DNA of 64,000 nt from NCBI GenBank assembly GCA_964554375.1, contig CAZKOL010000001.1, positions 24,597-88,596 on the forward strand. The letters run 5' to 3'. Each line of letters begins with the position of its first letter. The stretch's first letter is position 1. The translations under genes were made by a program, and so were the position numbers. The notes beneath the pieces were generated by a model. That model was not told the origin of the DNA. It did not search any database and saw only the letters and a program-made list of their open reading frames with translations. Shown here piece by piece: positions 36,317-47,076 of the stretch. The stretch is from an uncultured Dehalococcoidales bacterium (lineage in GTDB: Bacteria > Chloroflexota > Dehalococcoidia > GIF9 > UBA5629).

Positions 36317-36724
36317 ATGATTGAAAAAGTGCACACCCACATAATCGCGGAGCTCGAGCAGAACACCAAGACGGACATCATATTCATACTGGCTTCGATA
36401 CTGCTCAACCTGATCACGCTGGCCATCAATACCGGTGTCGCCAACTCTTCCGATAAGAACGGCCCGCAGTGGGTCATCTTCTTCACCTTCATCGTCCTGG
36501 TGATCGTGGTCAACCTGGTGGCGGAGATCGGCATCATCAAGGGCAAGCAGAACCGGCAAAAGCTGATAGACGGCCTTCTCAAGATGTACAAGGACCAGGG
36601 CGTGGACGGCTACTACGACCCGTCGTTGCTCGGTAATTACAACATGCGCTACAACCTGTTCATGCTGGTAGTGCTGGTCACCGGATTGATCGCCATCGTC
36701 GTCCCCGTCGTATTGATAAAATAG
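36317..36724 (+). CDS. small integral membrane protein
   Basis: 135 aa with 3-4 predicted TM helices. Confidence 0.5.
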   Translation: MIEKVHTHIIAELEQNTKTDIIFILASILLNLITLAINTGVANSSDKNGPQWVIFFTFIVLVIVVNLVAEIGIIKGKQNRQKLIDGLLKMYKDQGVDGYYDPSLLGNYNMRYNLFMLVVLVTGLIAIVVPVVLIK

Positions 36725-36755
36725 TCAGTCAGCGCACCGGCCGGCAACGTTGCTC

Positions 36756-37574
36756 ATGAAAAACATCGAGATTATTACACCCGCCGAATGCGCCCGTATC
36801 CGGGGCATACTCTTCGACATCGACGATACCTTCACGCACGAGGGTAAAATGCTGCCCGCAGCCTTCCAGGCCCTGTGGGACCTGCACGACGCCGGCCTGA
36901 TCACGGTACCCCTCACCGGACGCCCGGCCGGGTGGTGTGACCACATCGCCCGCATGTGGCCCGTGGACGGCGTGGTGGGCGAGAACGGCGCCTTCTATTA
37001 CTACTATGACCGCGACGCTGGCAAACTGCGCCAGCGCTACATCTTCACGCCGGAACAAATAGCCGGCAAACGGGGCGAGCTGGAGGCTATTAAACGGGAG
37101 GCGCTGCAGAGGGTGCCGGCCGCCGGCATGGCCTCCGACCAGCCCTTCCGGCTGTTCGACCTGGCCATCGACTTCCGCGAGGACGTCAGCCCGCTCAGCG
37201 AGGGCGAGATCGACGAGATCTGCCGCATCTTCGCGGAGCACCAGGCCACGTATAAAATAAGCTCGATCCACGTTAACGGGTGGTTCGGCGACTACAACAA
37301 GCTTTCCACGGCCAGGCTATTTTTAGAGGAGAGGTTCTCGCTCAAATGGGACGAGGCTGCACGGACCATGCTCTTCGCGGGGGACTCCCCCAACGACGAG
37401 CCGATGTTCGAGGCCCTCGATCTAACCGTGGGCGTGGCCAACATCAAGAATTTCAGACATAAGATGAAACACCTGCCGAAGTATGTCACGGGCAAAAGCG
37501 GCGGGCACGGCTTCGCCGAGATGGCCAGCATCATACTGGATAAAAGAAAAACGGCTAAAGGAGCAGATAAGTGA
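36756..37574 (+). CDS. HAD-IIB family hydrolase (sugar-phosphate phosphatase-like)
   Basis: motif I ILFDIDDTFT, C-terminal GDSPND motif IV; 272 aa. Confidence 0.75.
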   Translation: MKNIEIITPAECARIRGILFDIDDTFTHEGKMLPAAFQALWDLHDAGLITVPLTGRPAGWCDHIARMWPVDGVVGENGAFYYYYDRDAGKLRQRYIFTPEQIAGKRGELEAIKREALQRVPAAGMASDQPFRLFDLAIDFREDVSPLSEGEIDEICRIFAEHQATYKISSIHVNGWFGDYNKLSTARLFLEERFSLKWDEAARTMLFAGDSPNDEPMFEALDLTVGVANIKNFRHKMKHLPKYVTGKSGGHGFAEMASIILDKRKTAKGADK

Positions 37575-38953
37575 GCGCTAAACCGGTTGTATCGATCGTC
37601 AAGGGTAAATTCCCTCCTGACAGGCAGGATATTAATAGCCTGGTGCGCAGGGCCGTCGACCTGGCGGGCGGGCTGCAGGGCAAGATCAAGAAGGGCAGCC
37701 ACGTCGTGCTCAAGCCCAACCTGTTTGCGCCCTATCCCCCGCCGATCTCGGTGGACCGGCGCGTCATCTCCAGCATGGTCAGGCTGGCGCGCGAGGCGGG
37801 GGCCAAACGCGTCACCGTGATCGAGGGCGTCAGCGTGGGCACACTGATGAAACGCGTCAGGCCTTCCACCACGCCCTGCGGCATGAGCAGGGGATTCAAG
37901 ACAGCCGAGATCATGCGCATGCTGGGGATCAAACGCGAGGTCGAGGAGGCGGGCGGAGAGGTCATAGGCGTCGAGGACGCCGAAAAAGTTGAAGTCGATA
38001 TCAAGGGCGGCATCGCCCTGCACCGGGTCAATTACCCCAAAGTGGCGCTGGACGCCGACTGCTTCATCAATATACCGGCCATGAAGACCCATACCATGAC
38101 CATGGTGACCCTTTCCATCAAGAACCTGCAGGGGCTGCTGGATGAAAGGGGCAGGTACTATTCACACCGCGACGACCTGAACCAGCACATGGTCGACATC
38201 AGCAAGATACGCAAGCCGGACCTGGTGCTGCTGGACGGACTGCTGGGCATGGAGGGGATGGGCGCCGGCGAGGGGGGCACACCCGTGGAGATGGGCGTGA
38301 TCATGGCGAGCTATGACACGGTAGCCCTGGACTCCATAGCCTCGATGTGCATGGGCATCGATAACCCGCTGGTCGTCGCCACCACCAGGCTGGCGGCCCA
38401 CGACGGGCTGGGCACTGCCAACCCCTTCCTGATCGAAGTCGCGGGTGAAACCATAGCTGCGGTCAAGAAGAAGTTCCAGCTCCCGGTCACCTATACCATG
38501 CCCATCGACAGCCTGGTCACGGGCCTCTACCCCAACATCGACGTCTATATCGGGGGCGCCTGCTCGACCTGCTGGCTGATGGCCGCGCTGGCCGAGGGGC
38601 TGCTGGCTAAGGCGCCTCAGCGCTTCTCGCTGATCGTGGGAGTCGATCCCAAGATCCCTCCGAAGTTGAAGACCGATATGGCGCACACCTTCTTCCTGGG
38701 GGAATGCGCCCTGGCCACGGGCGGCGACCTGCTGGAGCTGCGCAATGCCATGCAACTGGCGGGCTACGACCGCTTCCTGGGCGGCTGCCCGCCCTACGAG
38801 CAGAGCCTGGTCAAGCTCGAGGATATCCTGATCAGCATGGGCTACCTCGACCCGCAGGAGCTGGTTGAGAAAGCCAATAAGCACAGGGAGGAGTTCTTTA
38901 ATTATTACCGTAAATGTGATCCGACCTGGGAACCGGAATTTGAGACGCTATAA
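37571..38953 (+). CDS. DUF362 domain protein
   Basis: KGSHVVLKPNL and overall DUF362 pattern; 460 aa; start overlaps HAD stop. Confidence 0.65.
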   Translation: MSAKPVVSIVKGKFPPDRQDINSLVRRAVDLAGGLQGKIKKGSHVVLKPNLFAPYPPPISVDRRVISSMVRLAREAGAKRVTVIEGVSVGTLMKRVRPSTTPCGMSRGFKTAEIMRMLGIKREVEEAGGEVIGVEDAEKVEVDIKGGIALHRVNYPKVALDADCFINIPAMKTHTMTMVTLSIKNLQGLLDERGRYYSHRDDLNQHMVDISKIRKPDLVLLDGLLGMEGMGAGEGGTPVEMGVIMASYDTVALDSIASMCMGIDNPLVVATTRLAAHDGLGTANPFLIEVAGETIAAVKKKFQLPVTYTMPIDSLVTGLYPNIDVYIGGACSTCWLMAALAEGLLAKAPQRFSLIVGVDPKIPPKLKTDMAHTFFLGECALATGGDLLELRNAMQLAGYDRFLGGCPPYEQSLVKLEDILISMGYLDPQELVEKANKHREEFFNYYRKCDPTWEPEFETL

Positions 38954-38957
38954 TTGT

Positions 38958-39004
38958 CCGGGCGCACCGTGTAGGGGCGGGTTTTTAAACCCGCCCGCGT
39001 GTAG
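38958..39004. repeat. GC-rich palindromic intergenic element, copy C (short form)
   Basis: cgggcgcaccgtgtaggggcgggtttttaaacccgcccgcgtgtag: contains the gggcgggttt..aaacccgccc hairpin and the gtaggggcg terminus shared with copies A, B, D. Confidence 0.55.
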
Positions 39005-39025
39005 ATTTTATTTTAGGAGGTTGAC

Positions 39026-40597
39026 ATGGCTGAGAAGAAATATGTGATCGCGATCGACTCCGGCACGCAGAGCGTGCGGGCTGTGATCTTCGACCGGCAG
39101 GGGAACCAGGTGGCCATCGAGCAGGCCGAGCACGAGCCCTATTTCTCGCTGCAGCCCGGCTGGGCCGAGCAGAACTCGCAGGACTACTGGACCAAACTGT
39201 GCTTCTGCACCAAAGGCGTCATGGCCAAAGCAAGGATCCCCGCCGACGAGATCACGGGGCTGGGCATCACCACGCAGCGGTCGGCCTCCTTCCCCGTGGA
39301 CCGCGAGGGCAATCCGCTGCGCCCGGCCATCATCTGGCTGGACCAGCGCGTCACCGAGAACGCCCCACCCATCAGCGCCAAGGCGCGCCTGATATTCCAG
39401 GCCATGGGGCTGGGGGACGCCATGGACAAGGCGCACCGCGAGTCCAAGTTCCTCTGGATCCAGGAGCACGAGCCCGAGATCTACAAAAACACCTACAAGT
39501 TCCTGCAGATCTCCGGCTGGCTGGTCAAGAAGATCACGGGCGAGTTCAAGGACTCGCTCGGCATGATGGTGGGCGCCTGGCCCATGGACTACAAGGCCCT
39601 CAAATGGCACGCCCTGGGCCTGGCCTACGAGACGCTGGCCGTCAAACGGGAGCACTGCGTGGACCTCTTCCCGCCGGACACCGTGCTGGGCCACGTCACC
39701 AAGAAGGCCGCTGAGGAGACCGGCCTGCCCGAGGGGCTTCCCGTGGTGGTGGGCGCAGGTGACAAGCAGTCCGAGCTGCTGGGCGCGGGCGCCATCGACC
39801 CGGCCATCGGCGTGATCAGCTATGGCACGGCCACCTGCATGGAGGTGATCAGCTACAAGTACATCTCCGAGAAGCATATGAAGTTCTATACCTGGCCCTC
39901 GGCGCTGCCCAAAGCCTGGAACCTGGAGATGTTCATCTTCCGCGGTTTCTGGATGGTCACATGGTTCAAGCAGGAGTTCGGCCACCGTGAGGCGCTGGAG
40001 GCCGAGAAACGCGGCGTGGCGCCGGAGGTGGTGATGGACGAGGTCATCAGCAAGATACCGCCCGGCTCGCTGGGCCTGATGCTCCAGCCCTACTGGACGC
40101 CCATGATCTACGACAAGTACGCCAAGGGCTCCATCATAGGCTTCGGCGAGGTGCACACACGCGCGCACCTCTACCGGGCCATCCTCGAGGGCATAGGCTA
40201 CGAGCTGAAGCGCATGTACGATGAAACGCGCAGGAAGACGGGCATCCCCATCAGGGAGATACGCGTGGGCGGCGGAGGCTCCAAGAGCGACGTGGCGGTT
40301 CAGATAGCCGCCGACCTCTTCAACCTGCCGGTCTCGCGCATGGCTACCTCCGAGATATGCGCGCTGGGCGCGGCCATCGACGCCGCTGTGGGCACGGGTA
40401 TGTTCGGCTCATTCAAGGAGGCGGTCGCCTCAATGGTGAAGAAGGGCAAGACCTTCCAGCCCAACCCCGACAGCCACCACGTATACCAGCAGCTATATGA
40501 AGAGGTATACCTCAAGACCTATAAGTCGCTCGAGCCCCAGTACCGTAAAATAGCCAGGATCACCGGCTACCCGGTCATCTATAAGCCTTCTAAGTAG
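39026..40597 (+). CDS. FGGY-family carbohydrate kinase (xylulokinase/glycerol-kinase-like)
   Basis: N-terminal YVIAIDSGTQSVRAVIFD, FGGY_N and FGGY_C domains; 523 aa. Confidence 0.8.
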   Translation: MAEKKYVIAIDSGTQSVRAVIFDRQGNQVAIEQAEHEPYFSLQPGWAEQNSQDYWTKLCFCTKGVMAKARIPADEITGLGITTQRSASFPVDREGNPLRPAIIWLDQRVTENAPPISAKARLIFQAMGLGDAMDKAHRESKFLWIQEHEPEIYKNTYKFLQISGWLVKKITGEFKDSLGMMVGAWPMDYKALKWHALGLAYETLAVKREHCVDLFPPDTVLGHVTKKAAEETGLPEGLPVVVGAGDKQSELLGAGAIDPAIGVISYGTATCMEVISYKYISEKHMKFYTWPSALPKAWNLEMFIFRGFWMVTWFKQEFGHREALEAEKRGVAPEVVMDEVISKIPPGSLGLMLQPYWTPMIYDKYAKGSIIGFGEVHTRAHLYRAILEGIGYELKRMYDETRRKTGIPIREIRVGGGGSKSDVAVQIAADLFNLPVSRMATSEICALGAAIDAAVGTGMFGSFKEAVASMVKKGKTFQPNPDSHHVYQQLYEEVYLKTYKSLEPQYRKIARITGYPVIYKPSK

Positions 40598-40598
40598 A

Positions 40599-42002
40599 CT
40601 ATGTAGCTAACTTGATCATCTCGGCGTATTTACGGCTGCCCTCGTAGAGCGTGCGCTTGCAGGTGGCGAAATCGACGTGGTACAGGCCGAACCTGGCCTC
40701 GAAGCCGTGCGCCCACTCGAAGTTGTCCATCAGGGTCCAGTATAAATAGCCTTTGACGTTCATGCCGTCCGCGATGGCCTTGTTTATCACCAGCAGGTGG
40801 TCCTCGATATATTTCGCCCTCTTGGTGTCGGCGGCATCGGCGATGCCGTTCTCCGTGATGTAGATGGGCTTGGATGTGTAGGAGGTGATCAGCTTGAGTG
40901 AACGGTACATGCCCTCGGGGTAGACGGCCCAGCCCATATCGGTCAGCTCCTCGCGCGGCGCCTTGGTGATCTCGATGAACTGCTCCTTGGCGAAGGGCTT
41001 GAAGACGCGGTAGTGGTTGGTGTAGTAGTTGAGGCCGATGAAATCGAAGGCGTCCTTCTGCCCGCCCCTGAATTTCTCGCTGACTACGCCCGGTATGGAA
41101 AAATCGAAACGCCCGTTCACCAGGTAATCGAAGTGCGAGTTGTTCATGTTGTTGTTGAGCATGCGCGCGATCAGGATATCCAGCAGGCTCCACTGGCCCG
41201 GCGGATCGAACAGCGCCACGTGCACCACCAGCCCTACCTGCGCGTCGGGCTTGATCTTCTTAATGGCGTTATAGGCCGCCGTGTGCGCCAGCAACTGGTT
41301 GCGGTAAACCCTGGCCGCCTTGACGGCGTCCTTCAGCGCCGGCGGGAACTCGGCGCTGAAATAGCTCAGGACGGCGTAGATGGCCGGCTCGTTAATGGTG
41401 CACCACAGCTTGACCTTCGGCCCCAGCCTTTGAACGACGCGCTCGACGAACCTGGTGAAGATGGCTGGGGAATCGTCCTGCAGGAAGGCGCCCTGGTCTT
41501 CGAACCAGATGGGGTTGCTGAAGTGGTGCAGCGTGATCATGGGCTCGATGCCGTTGGCCAGCATCTCATTCACTTCCTGCACGTAGTGGTCCAGGGCCGC
41601 CTCGTCGAACTCGCCCTCCCTGGGCTCGATCTTGCTCCACTCGACGGAGAAGCGGTAGGCGTTGAACGAGAGCGCCTTCATCAACTGGACGTCCTCTTTA
41701 TAACGATTCCACGCGTCGCAACACAGGCCGGCCTTCTGGCCGTTGAGTATGCGGGGCTTGCCCTGCTCGTTCACTGCCGACTCGAACTGGTACCAGTTGT
41801 TGTTGGCGCAGCCACCCTCTATCTGGTGGGAGGCCGTGGCGCTGCCCCATAAAAAGTCCTTGCCGAAGCGCAGCGGGGCCTGCTTCAACTGGTTGAAATC
41901 GAACTTCAGGTTGAGCAGGCGGTCCCTCAGGCTGAGGACCAGAACGATATAAAGGATGACCAGTGCCGCGATGACCAGTGCCGTTACTAACATGCCGCTC
42001 AT
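40599..42002 (-). CDS. glycoside hydrolase family 1 (beta-glucosidase-like), N-terminal membrane anchor
   Basis: nucleophile motif YITENG, acid/base region TINEP, GH1-wide similarity; start at MSGMLVTAL with RBS ggaggtaaggag. Confidence 0.85.
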   Translation of the reverse strand: MSGMLVTALVIAALVILYIVLVLSLRDRLLNLKFDFNQLKQAPLRFGKDFLWGSATASHQIEGGCANNNWYQFESAVNEQGKPRILNGQKAGLCCDAWNRYKEDVQLMKALSFNAYRFSVEWSKIEPREGEFDEAALDHYVQEVNEMLANGIEPMITLHHFSNPIWFEDQGAFLQDDSPAIFTRFVERVVQRLGPKVKLWCTINEPAIYAVLSYFSAEFPPALKDAVKAARVYRNQLLAHTAAYNAIKKIKPDAQVGLVVHVALFDPPGQWSLLDILIARMLNNNMNNSHFDYLVNGRFDFSIPGVVSEKFRGGQKDAFDFIGLNYYTNHYRVFKPFAKEQFIEITKAPREELTDMGWAVYPEGMYRSLKLITSYTSKPIYITENGIADAADTKRAKYIEDHLLVINKAIADGMNVKGYLYWTLMDNFEWAHGFEARFGLYHVDFATCKRTLYEGSRKYAEMIKLAT

Positions 42003-42204
42003 AATCTGCTCCTTACCTCCAATTCTCGATGCCGGAACGCCCGCCATGATAGGATTTCACATAGCCGTTGTCAAGATACATCTCCGATTTATTGACAACC
42101 GGGGACATCTTCTATAGTATGATTCACAATTATTCCCGGCCGCTGCCAGGCGGCTGAAGCGGAGCCCGGCACAAGCAGTCGCCCGAGAGGCAGGGAAGCA
42201 GCAG

Positions 42205-43605
42205 ATGGAAAATATAAAGATCGGTTTCGTGCCCGCGCACCGTGAGCCGTTCGACGATGCCTGGGCGGTTCAGATGCGCAAACGCTGCCTGGACACCCTC
42301 TCCCATATCAAAGGCCTTCAAGTGGTTGCACCCGATGCGAAGCTGACTCAGGGAGGGCTGGTGCGCGACGACGGCGACGCCGACAAAACGATACGCCTGT
42401 TCCGCGACGAGAAGATCGACGGGCTGGTCATCGGCGCCATGACCTTCGGGGACGAGGTGTCGGCGCTGGCCGTGGCGTCGGCCTTCCGCGACCTCCCCAT
42501 CCTGCTCTTCGGCACAAAGGAAGGCGACTTCACCTCGGACGGCGGGCGCAGGTCGGACTCGTTCTGCGGCACGCTGGCGGTCTCCTCCGGCCTGCACCGC
42601 AGGAAGATACCCTTCCTCTTCTCCGGCATTATTTTCCCCGAGGACAGCACCTTCAAGCCGGACATCGAGAATTTCATGGCCGTCTGCTCCATAATCAAAG
42701 GTTTCATCGGCGCCAGGATCGGACTGGTCGGGCCGCGCCCGGAGCGCTTCGAGACCTGCATCTGCAACGAGGACGCGCTGCTGAACAGCTTCAACCAGAG
42801 GGTGGCGCCCACCTCCCTGCTGGATATCATGCTGCGGGTGGAAGGGCTCAAAGACAATGCCCCCGAGCTAAAAAAAATAATCGGCGAGATGAAAAAAGAG
42901 GCAGACCTGTCAAGCGCGGGGGCAGACAAGGTGAGGACCATCGCAGGGCTGCAGTTGGCTCTTAAACAGTTTGCCGCCGAAAAAGGGCTCTCGGCCCTGG
43001 CCGTTCAGTGCTGGACCGCCATCCAGCAGGCCTACGGCATCTCCGCCTGCTACGCGCTGGGACGACTGACCGACAGCGGCCTGATGACGGCCTGCGAGGT
43101 GGACGTTTACGGCGCGCTGACCATGCTGATCCAGAACCTGGCCACGTTGAAGACGGTACCACCGCATTTCATCGACTGGACCATCAGACACCAGAGCAAG
43201 AAGAACCAATTCCTCTCCTGGCACTGCGGCAATGCCCCGCCCTCGCTGGCCTGCAGGGCACAGGGGATCGCCATTCACCCGCACAGTATACTTAGCAAGC
43301 AACTGGGAAAGGAACGCTCGATGGGGACCGCCGAGTTTCAGCTCAAGCCGGGGGTCGTGACCCTCTGCCGGCTGACGGAATTAGACGGCGAATTCAAGAT
43401 GCTGGTAACGAAGGGCGAGATAGTGGAATCGACCCAGCGCCTGAGGGGATCGTGGAGCTGGGTCAAGGTACCCGACCTGGACAGGCTCTATATGACGCTG
43501 GTTGAAGAGGGATTTACGCACCATGCCAGCCAGATCCACGGGGACTACACGACGCCCATCGAGGACGCCTGCAATTTTTTGGGAATAGAGGTCGTCAGTG
43601 TTTGA
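42205..43605 (+). CDS. L-fucose/L-arabinose isomerase-family protein (putative sugar isomerase)
   Basis: 466 aa; weak resemblance to the FucI/AraA superfamily; context with kinase, GH1 and sugar symporter. Confidence 0.4.
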   Translation: MENIKIGFVPAHREPFDDAWAVQMRKRCLDTLSHIKGLQVVAPDAKLTQGGLVRDDGDADKTIRLFRDEKIDGLVIGAMTFGDEVSALAVASAFRDLPILLFGTKEGDFTSDGGRRSDSFCGTLAVSSGLHRRKIPFLFSGIIFPEDSTFKPDIENFMAVCSIIKGFIGARIGLVGPRPERFETCICNEDALLNSFNQRVAPTSLLDIMLRVEGLKDNAPELKKIIGEMKKEADLSSAGADKVRTIAGLQLALKQFAAEKGLSALAVQCWTAIQQAYGISACYALGRLTDSGLMTACEVDVYGALTMLIQNLATLKTVPPHFIDWTIRHQSKKNQFLSWHCGNAPPSLACRAQGIAIHPHSILSKQLGKERSMGTAEFQLKPGVVTLCRLTELDGEFKMLVTKGEIVESTQRLRGSWSWVKVPDLDRLYMTLVEEGFTHHASQIHGDYTTPIEDACNFLGIEVVSV

Positions 43606-43676
43606 TAACGATATATCCGGCATCTGCCACAGGTATCTGCCGGAGATAACCGCTGAAATAATATAAGGGGTTGAAA

Positions 43677-45059
43677 ATGGAAGATAAGAAACTGCCACTG
43701 GGAACCAAGCTCGGCTACGGATTCTGCGATTTCGGAGGCAACCTGTTCTTCACTGCCACGGCCTTCGTGCTGATGAATTTCCTCACGGATACCGTGGGGC
43801 TGGCTGCAGCGCTGGCAGGCATCGCGCTTATGGTCGGGCGCATCTGGGACGCCTTCTACGACCCGATCATCGGCTTCATCTCTGACAAGACAGTAAATAA
43901 AATGGGCCGGCGCCGGCCTTACATGCTGGGAGGCGCAATCCCGCTGTTTATCGCCGTGGTCCTGATGTTTACCAACCCGTCGCTGATCGCCGGCGCAGGC
44001 GTCAGCCAGATGACATTGTTCATTTATGCCCTGGTGGTCTACATCATCCTCTGCACGACGTACTCCACGGTGAACATACCCTATTCGTCACTGGGACCTG
44101 AGCTGACCGCCGACTATCACGAGAGGACCTCGCTCAACGGCTACCGCTTCGGGTTTGCCGCAGTCGGCACATTGCTGGGAGCAGGGTTGGCCCTCCCGAT
44201 CGTGGCCATGGCCCCTGACAAAAACCTGGGATTCGTGCTGATGGGACTCATCTTCGGCGGCGTGATGATGATATCCGCCCTGGTCACGGTCTTTACCGTC
44301 AAGGAACCGACCCATACCCGGCCGGCCCAGACCCTGGGCTTCGTCGATACCTACAAAGCGGTGTTCAAGAACAAGCCCTACGTGCTGATCCTGATGACAT
44401 ACATCGTCCACATACTGGCCATCACCGTGGCCAGCGCCATCGTGATCTATTACTTCAAGTACATACTGGGTGACGAGGGCGCCACCACCTTCGCCATGCT
44501 CATACTGATCGCCACCGGCATGATCTTCATACCGGTCAGCGTGGCCCTGAGCAAGCGGATAGGCAAGAAGCTGGTATACGGGATCGGCTTCGTAGTGATG
44601 GCCATCATGCTGATGATAATCTTCATCTTCGGCCAGACCATGGGCGTGACCTTCACACTGGTCTGCATGTTCTTCGCCGGCACTGGCTTCGGGCTGCTCT
44701 ACGCCATGCCCTACGCCATCGTGGCCGACGCCATCGAGTACGACTATCTGAACACCGGCGAGCGACGCGAGGGCGCATTCTTCGGCATCTGGACCTGGGG
44801 GCTGAAGATCGGACAGGCCCTGGCCATCTTCCTGATGGGCGTAATGCTGGAGGGGATGGGCTACGTGCCCAACATCATGCCGCAGTCCGCCAGCTCTCAG
44901 CTGGCCATCACCCTGTTCCTGGGACCCATATCGGCAGGCCTCTTCCTGCTGGCCGCCGTCTTCCTCTATTTCTATCCCATCACTGAGGCGAAATACAAGG
45001 AGATACAGGCGGGCATCGCAGAGATGGAGGCCAAGAAGGGCAAAGTCACCCCAGCTTGA
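43677..45059 (+). CDS. MFS transporter, glycoside-pentoside-hexuronide (GPH):cation symporter family
   Basis: 12 TM helices, GPH-type N-terminal motif (GYGFCDFGGNLFF...DTVG); 460 aa. Confidence 0.8.
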   Translation: MEDKKLPLGTKLGYGFCDFGGNLFFTATAFVLMNFLTDTVGLAAALAGIALMVGRIWDAFYDPIIGFISDKTVNKMGRRRPYMLGGAIPLFIAVVLMFTNPSLIAGAGVSQMTLFIYALVVYIILCTTYSTVNIPYSSLGPELTADYHERTSLNGYRFGFAAVGTLLGAGLALPIVAMAPDKNLGFVLMGLIFGGVMMISALVTVFTVKEPTHTRPAQTLGFVDTYKAVFKNKPYVLILMTYIVHILAITVASAIVIYYFKYILGDEGATTFAMLILIATGMIFIPVSVALSKRIGKKLVYGIGFVVMAIMLMIIFIFGQTMGVTFTLVCMFFAGTGFGLLYAMPYAIVADAIEYDYLNTGERREGAFFGIWTWGLKIGQALAIFLMGVMLEGMGYVPNIMPQSASSQLAITLFLGPISAGLFLLAAVFLYFYPITEAKYKEIQAGIAEMEAKKGKVTPA

Positions 45060-47052
45060 AATCGAGGACCTCGGGGAACCTCTGCCTGATATCCAGCATG
45101 GCGCCCAGCGTGAGCGCCACGGTCCAGGCCACGCAGGTGTGGAAACGTCCCTTTGTGCCCAGTACCCTGTGCTTGTAGTCCCAGTTGGTCTGGTTCATCT
45201 GCTCGGGCTGCCATCCCAGGAACTGGCTACTTTTTCCCAGCATGTCCCGCGGGCTTGAGATGAGCTGGCCGCAGGCGCCGATCATGGCGAGGGCGCATCT
45301 CTTCCATATCTCTTCGCCGCCGGCCTGCCACAGCCTGAGGAAATCGAACGCGATGAAAAGGCCGTAGAAGTCCAGGTGGTGGTGGGCTACCGAGACCGAC
45401 GTCATGCCCAGCGTTTTGAAATCCCTCCTGCCCAGGGGGCTGCGCGGATCGAAGGCGACGTTGTAGGTGTACATCCAGCTTAAGATATAGCCGGCGCAAA
45501 GGCGCGCGTGCTCCAAATAGAAATCGCCGCCCGACCTTTCGTACAGGTCGAGGAAGGCACGCAGCAGAGCCACCCCGGCCTCCTTGTCCACGCAGTCGGC
45601 GTCCAGCGTATCGGCGTAGAAGGCGCCTTTATCTACCAGCGACGCATAGTGCCTGCCCGCCTTCTCCAGCGCCCTGTCGATATCGTCCCTTTTGCCCGTC
45701 ATTTTCTCGAGCTCGACCAGCAGGCTGACTATATAGGCGCCGTTGGCGCCCAGCGTATTCATGGGCCTGCCCGTTATATCCCACCACCTGCCGAAGCTGC
45801 CCTCTTCCTCTCCACCGAGCTGATGCTCGAGGTAAAAAGCCGCGTTTTTAACCGCCAGGTCGAAAAACTCCGGCCTGTCACGTCCCACTTCCTTCAAAAG
45901 CTTATACAGCCTCAGGTAATTGAACATGACCTCGCCGTTGCAGCGCGTGTTGGCGCCGAGCTGCAGCTCGGGAGGCGTGCCCACGCCTATATAACCACCC
46001 CAGCGGCCGTCCTTGAGCGAGTAACAATCACGGTGCAGCCCGTTGGGCAGCGCGCCCCCCAGGAAAAATTTGCCGATCCTGTCAGCTATATCCGTGTATT
46101 TGATATGGCCCGTCTCCCTGCCGGCGCGCGCATAGATGGTGGCCGCCTCCAACCCCTTCACCAGGAAGGACCCGGCGGCGAACTCGTAAAACGATTGAAA
46201 GAGGCCGTTGCCCCTGCCCATCTTGATAGCTGTCATCCGGCCATCGTCTATCAGCAGGAAGCGGAGGTGATTGAGCTTGAGCGAGGCGATCTCGGACCAG
46301 TCTGCCGCAGCGGGGACGCCCGTACCCGGAAACTCCTTGAGCGCCAGATCAGACAGCCGCATGAATATCTGACTCCTGTGCAAGCAGCGGCCGTAGGCGA
46401 TATAGAAGGTGCGCGAGTACTCAAATGGGACTTTCCTTACCTTGAACAGCCTCTCGGTGCGCCTGGTCAATCCTCCGATGACTATGCCTTTCTCGGTATA
46501 GGTGCGGGGCTCTTCGCAGTACGGGACCCTTATCTCGAAGGCGGGCTGTTTATCCCGCAGGTATGTCTTTACGCTGGATATCTCTCCTTCGTCCGGGGCC
46601 GGCTCTGTAAACACAGCCTGCCAGTCTGAGCCGTCGTGCAGGATGGAGCATGAGGGAACGGGTATCCTGTCCTCCCGGAACGACCAGCCCGTCTCTATTC
46701 CGCCACGCGGGAAGCGTCCCGTACCCATTACATTTTTATCGTACATAACGGATGGCACCAGCCACTGCCTTAATTGGGACGGAGGGCAATAGCCGAATCC
46801 CAGTTGCCAGCTTCCCGGCTGCGATATCTTCCAGCGCCTGTCGACCCGCGCCAGCCCCTGGCTAAAAGTGTACCGGTCCGCTATCTCCGCATGCTTGAAA
46901 ACGATCCTCACTGAATTGCCGGGGCCGGTCACTACCTGCTCCGCATCCAGCCAGTCGTTTCCCCGTCTTACGGAGTAATAAAACGTCCCCAGCCTGACTC
47001 CATCGCGGAATAATCCGACCGTCTTTCCGTCCTGCCTCAGATCGATATCCAT
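45046..47052 (-). CDS. hypothetical protein (possibly an uncharacterised glycoside-hydrolase-like fold), 668 aa
   Basis: long ORF with good coding character; no motif I can name with confidence; embedded in sugar-utilisation cluster. Confidence 0.35.
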   Translation of the reverse strand: MDIDLRQDGKTVGLFRDGVRLGTFYYSVRRGNDWLDAEQVVTGPGNSVRIVFKHAEIADRYTFSQGLARVDRRWKISQPGSWQLGFGYCPPSQLRQWLVPSVMYDKNVMGTGRFPRGGIETGWSFREDRIPVPSCSILHDGSDWQAVFTEPAPDEGEISSVKTYLRDKQPAFEIRVPYCEEPRTYTEKGIVIGGLTRRTERLFKVRKVPFEYSRTFYIAYGRCLHRSQIFMRLSDLALKEFPGTGVPAAADWSEIASLKLNHLRFLLIDDGRMTAIKMGRGNGLFQSFYEFAAGSFLVKGLEAATIYARAGRETGHIKYTDIADRIGKFFLGGALPNGLHRDCYSLKDGRWGGYIGVGTPPELQLGANTRCNGEVMFNYLRLYKLLKEVGRDRPEFFDLAVKNAAFYLEHQLGGEEEGSFGRWWDITGRPMNTLGANGAYIVSLLVELEKMTGKRDDIDRALEKAGRHYASLVDKGAFYADTLDADCVDKEAGVALLRAFLDLYERSGGDFYLEHARLCAGYILSWMYTYNVAFDPRSPLGRRDFKTLGMTSVSVAHHHLDFYGLFIAFDFLRLWQAGGEEIWKRCALAMIGACGQLISSPRDMLGKSSQFLGWQPEQMNQTNWDYKHRVLGTKGRFHTCVAWTVALTLGAMLDIRQRFPEVLDFKLG

Positions 47053-47076
47053 CGTTACTCTCCTTTGTCAGACCAC

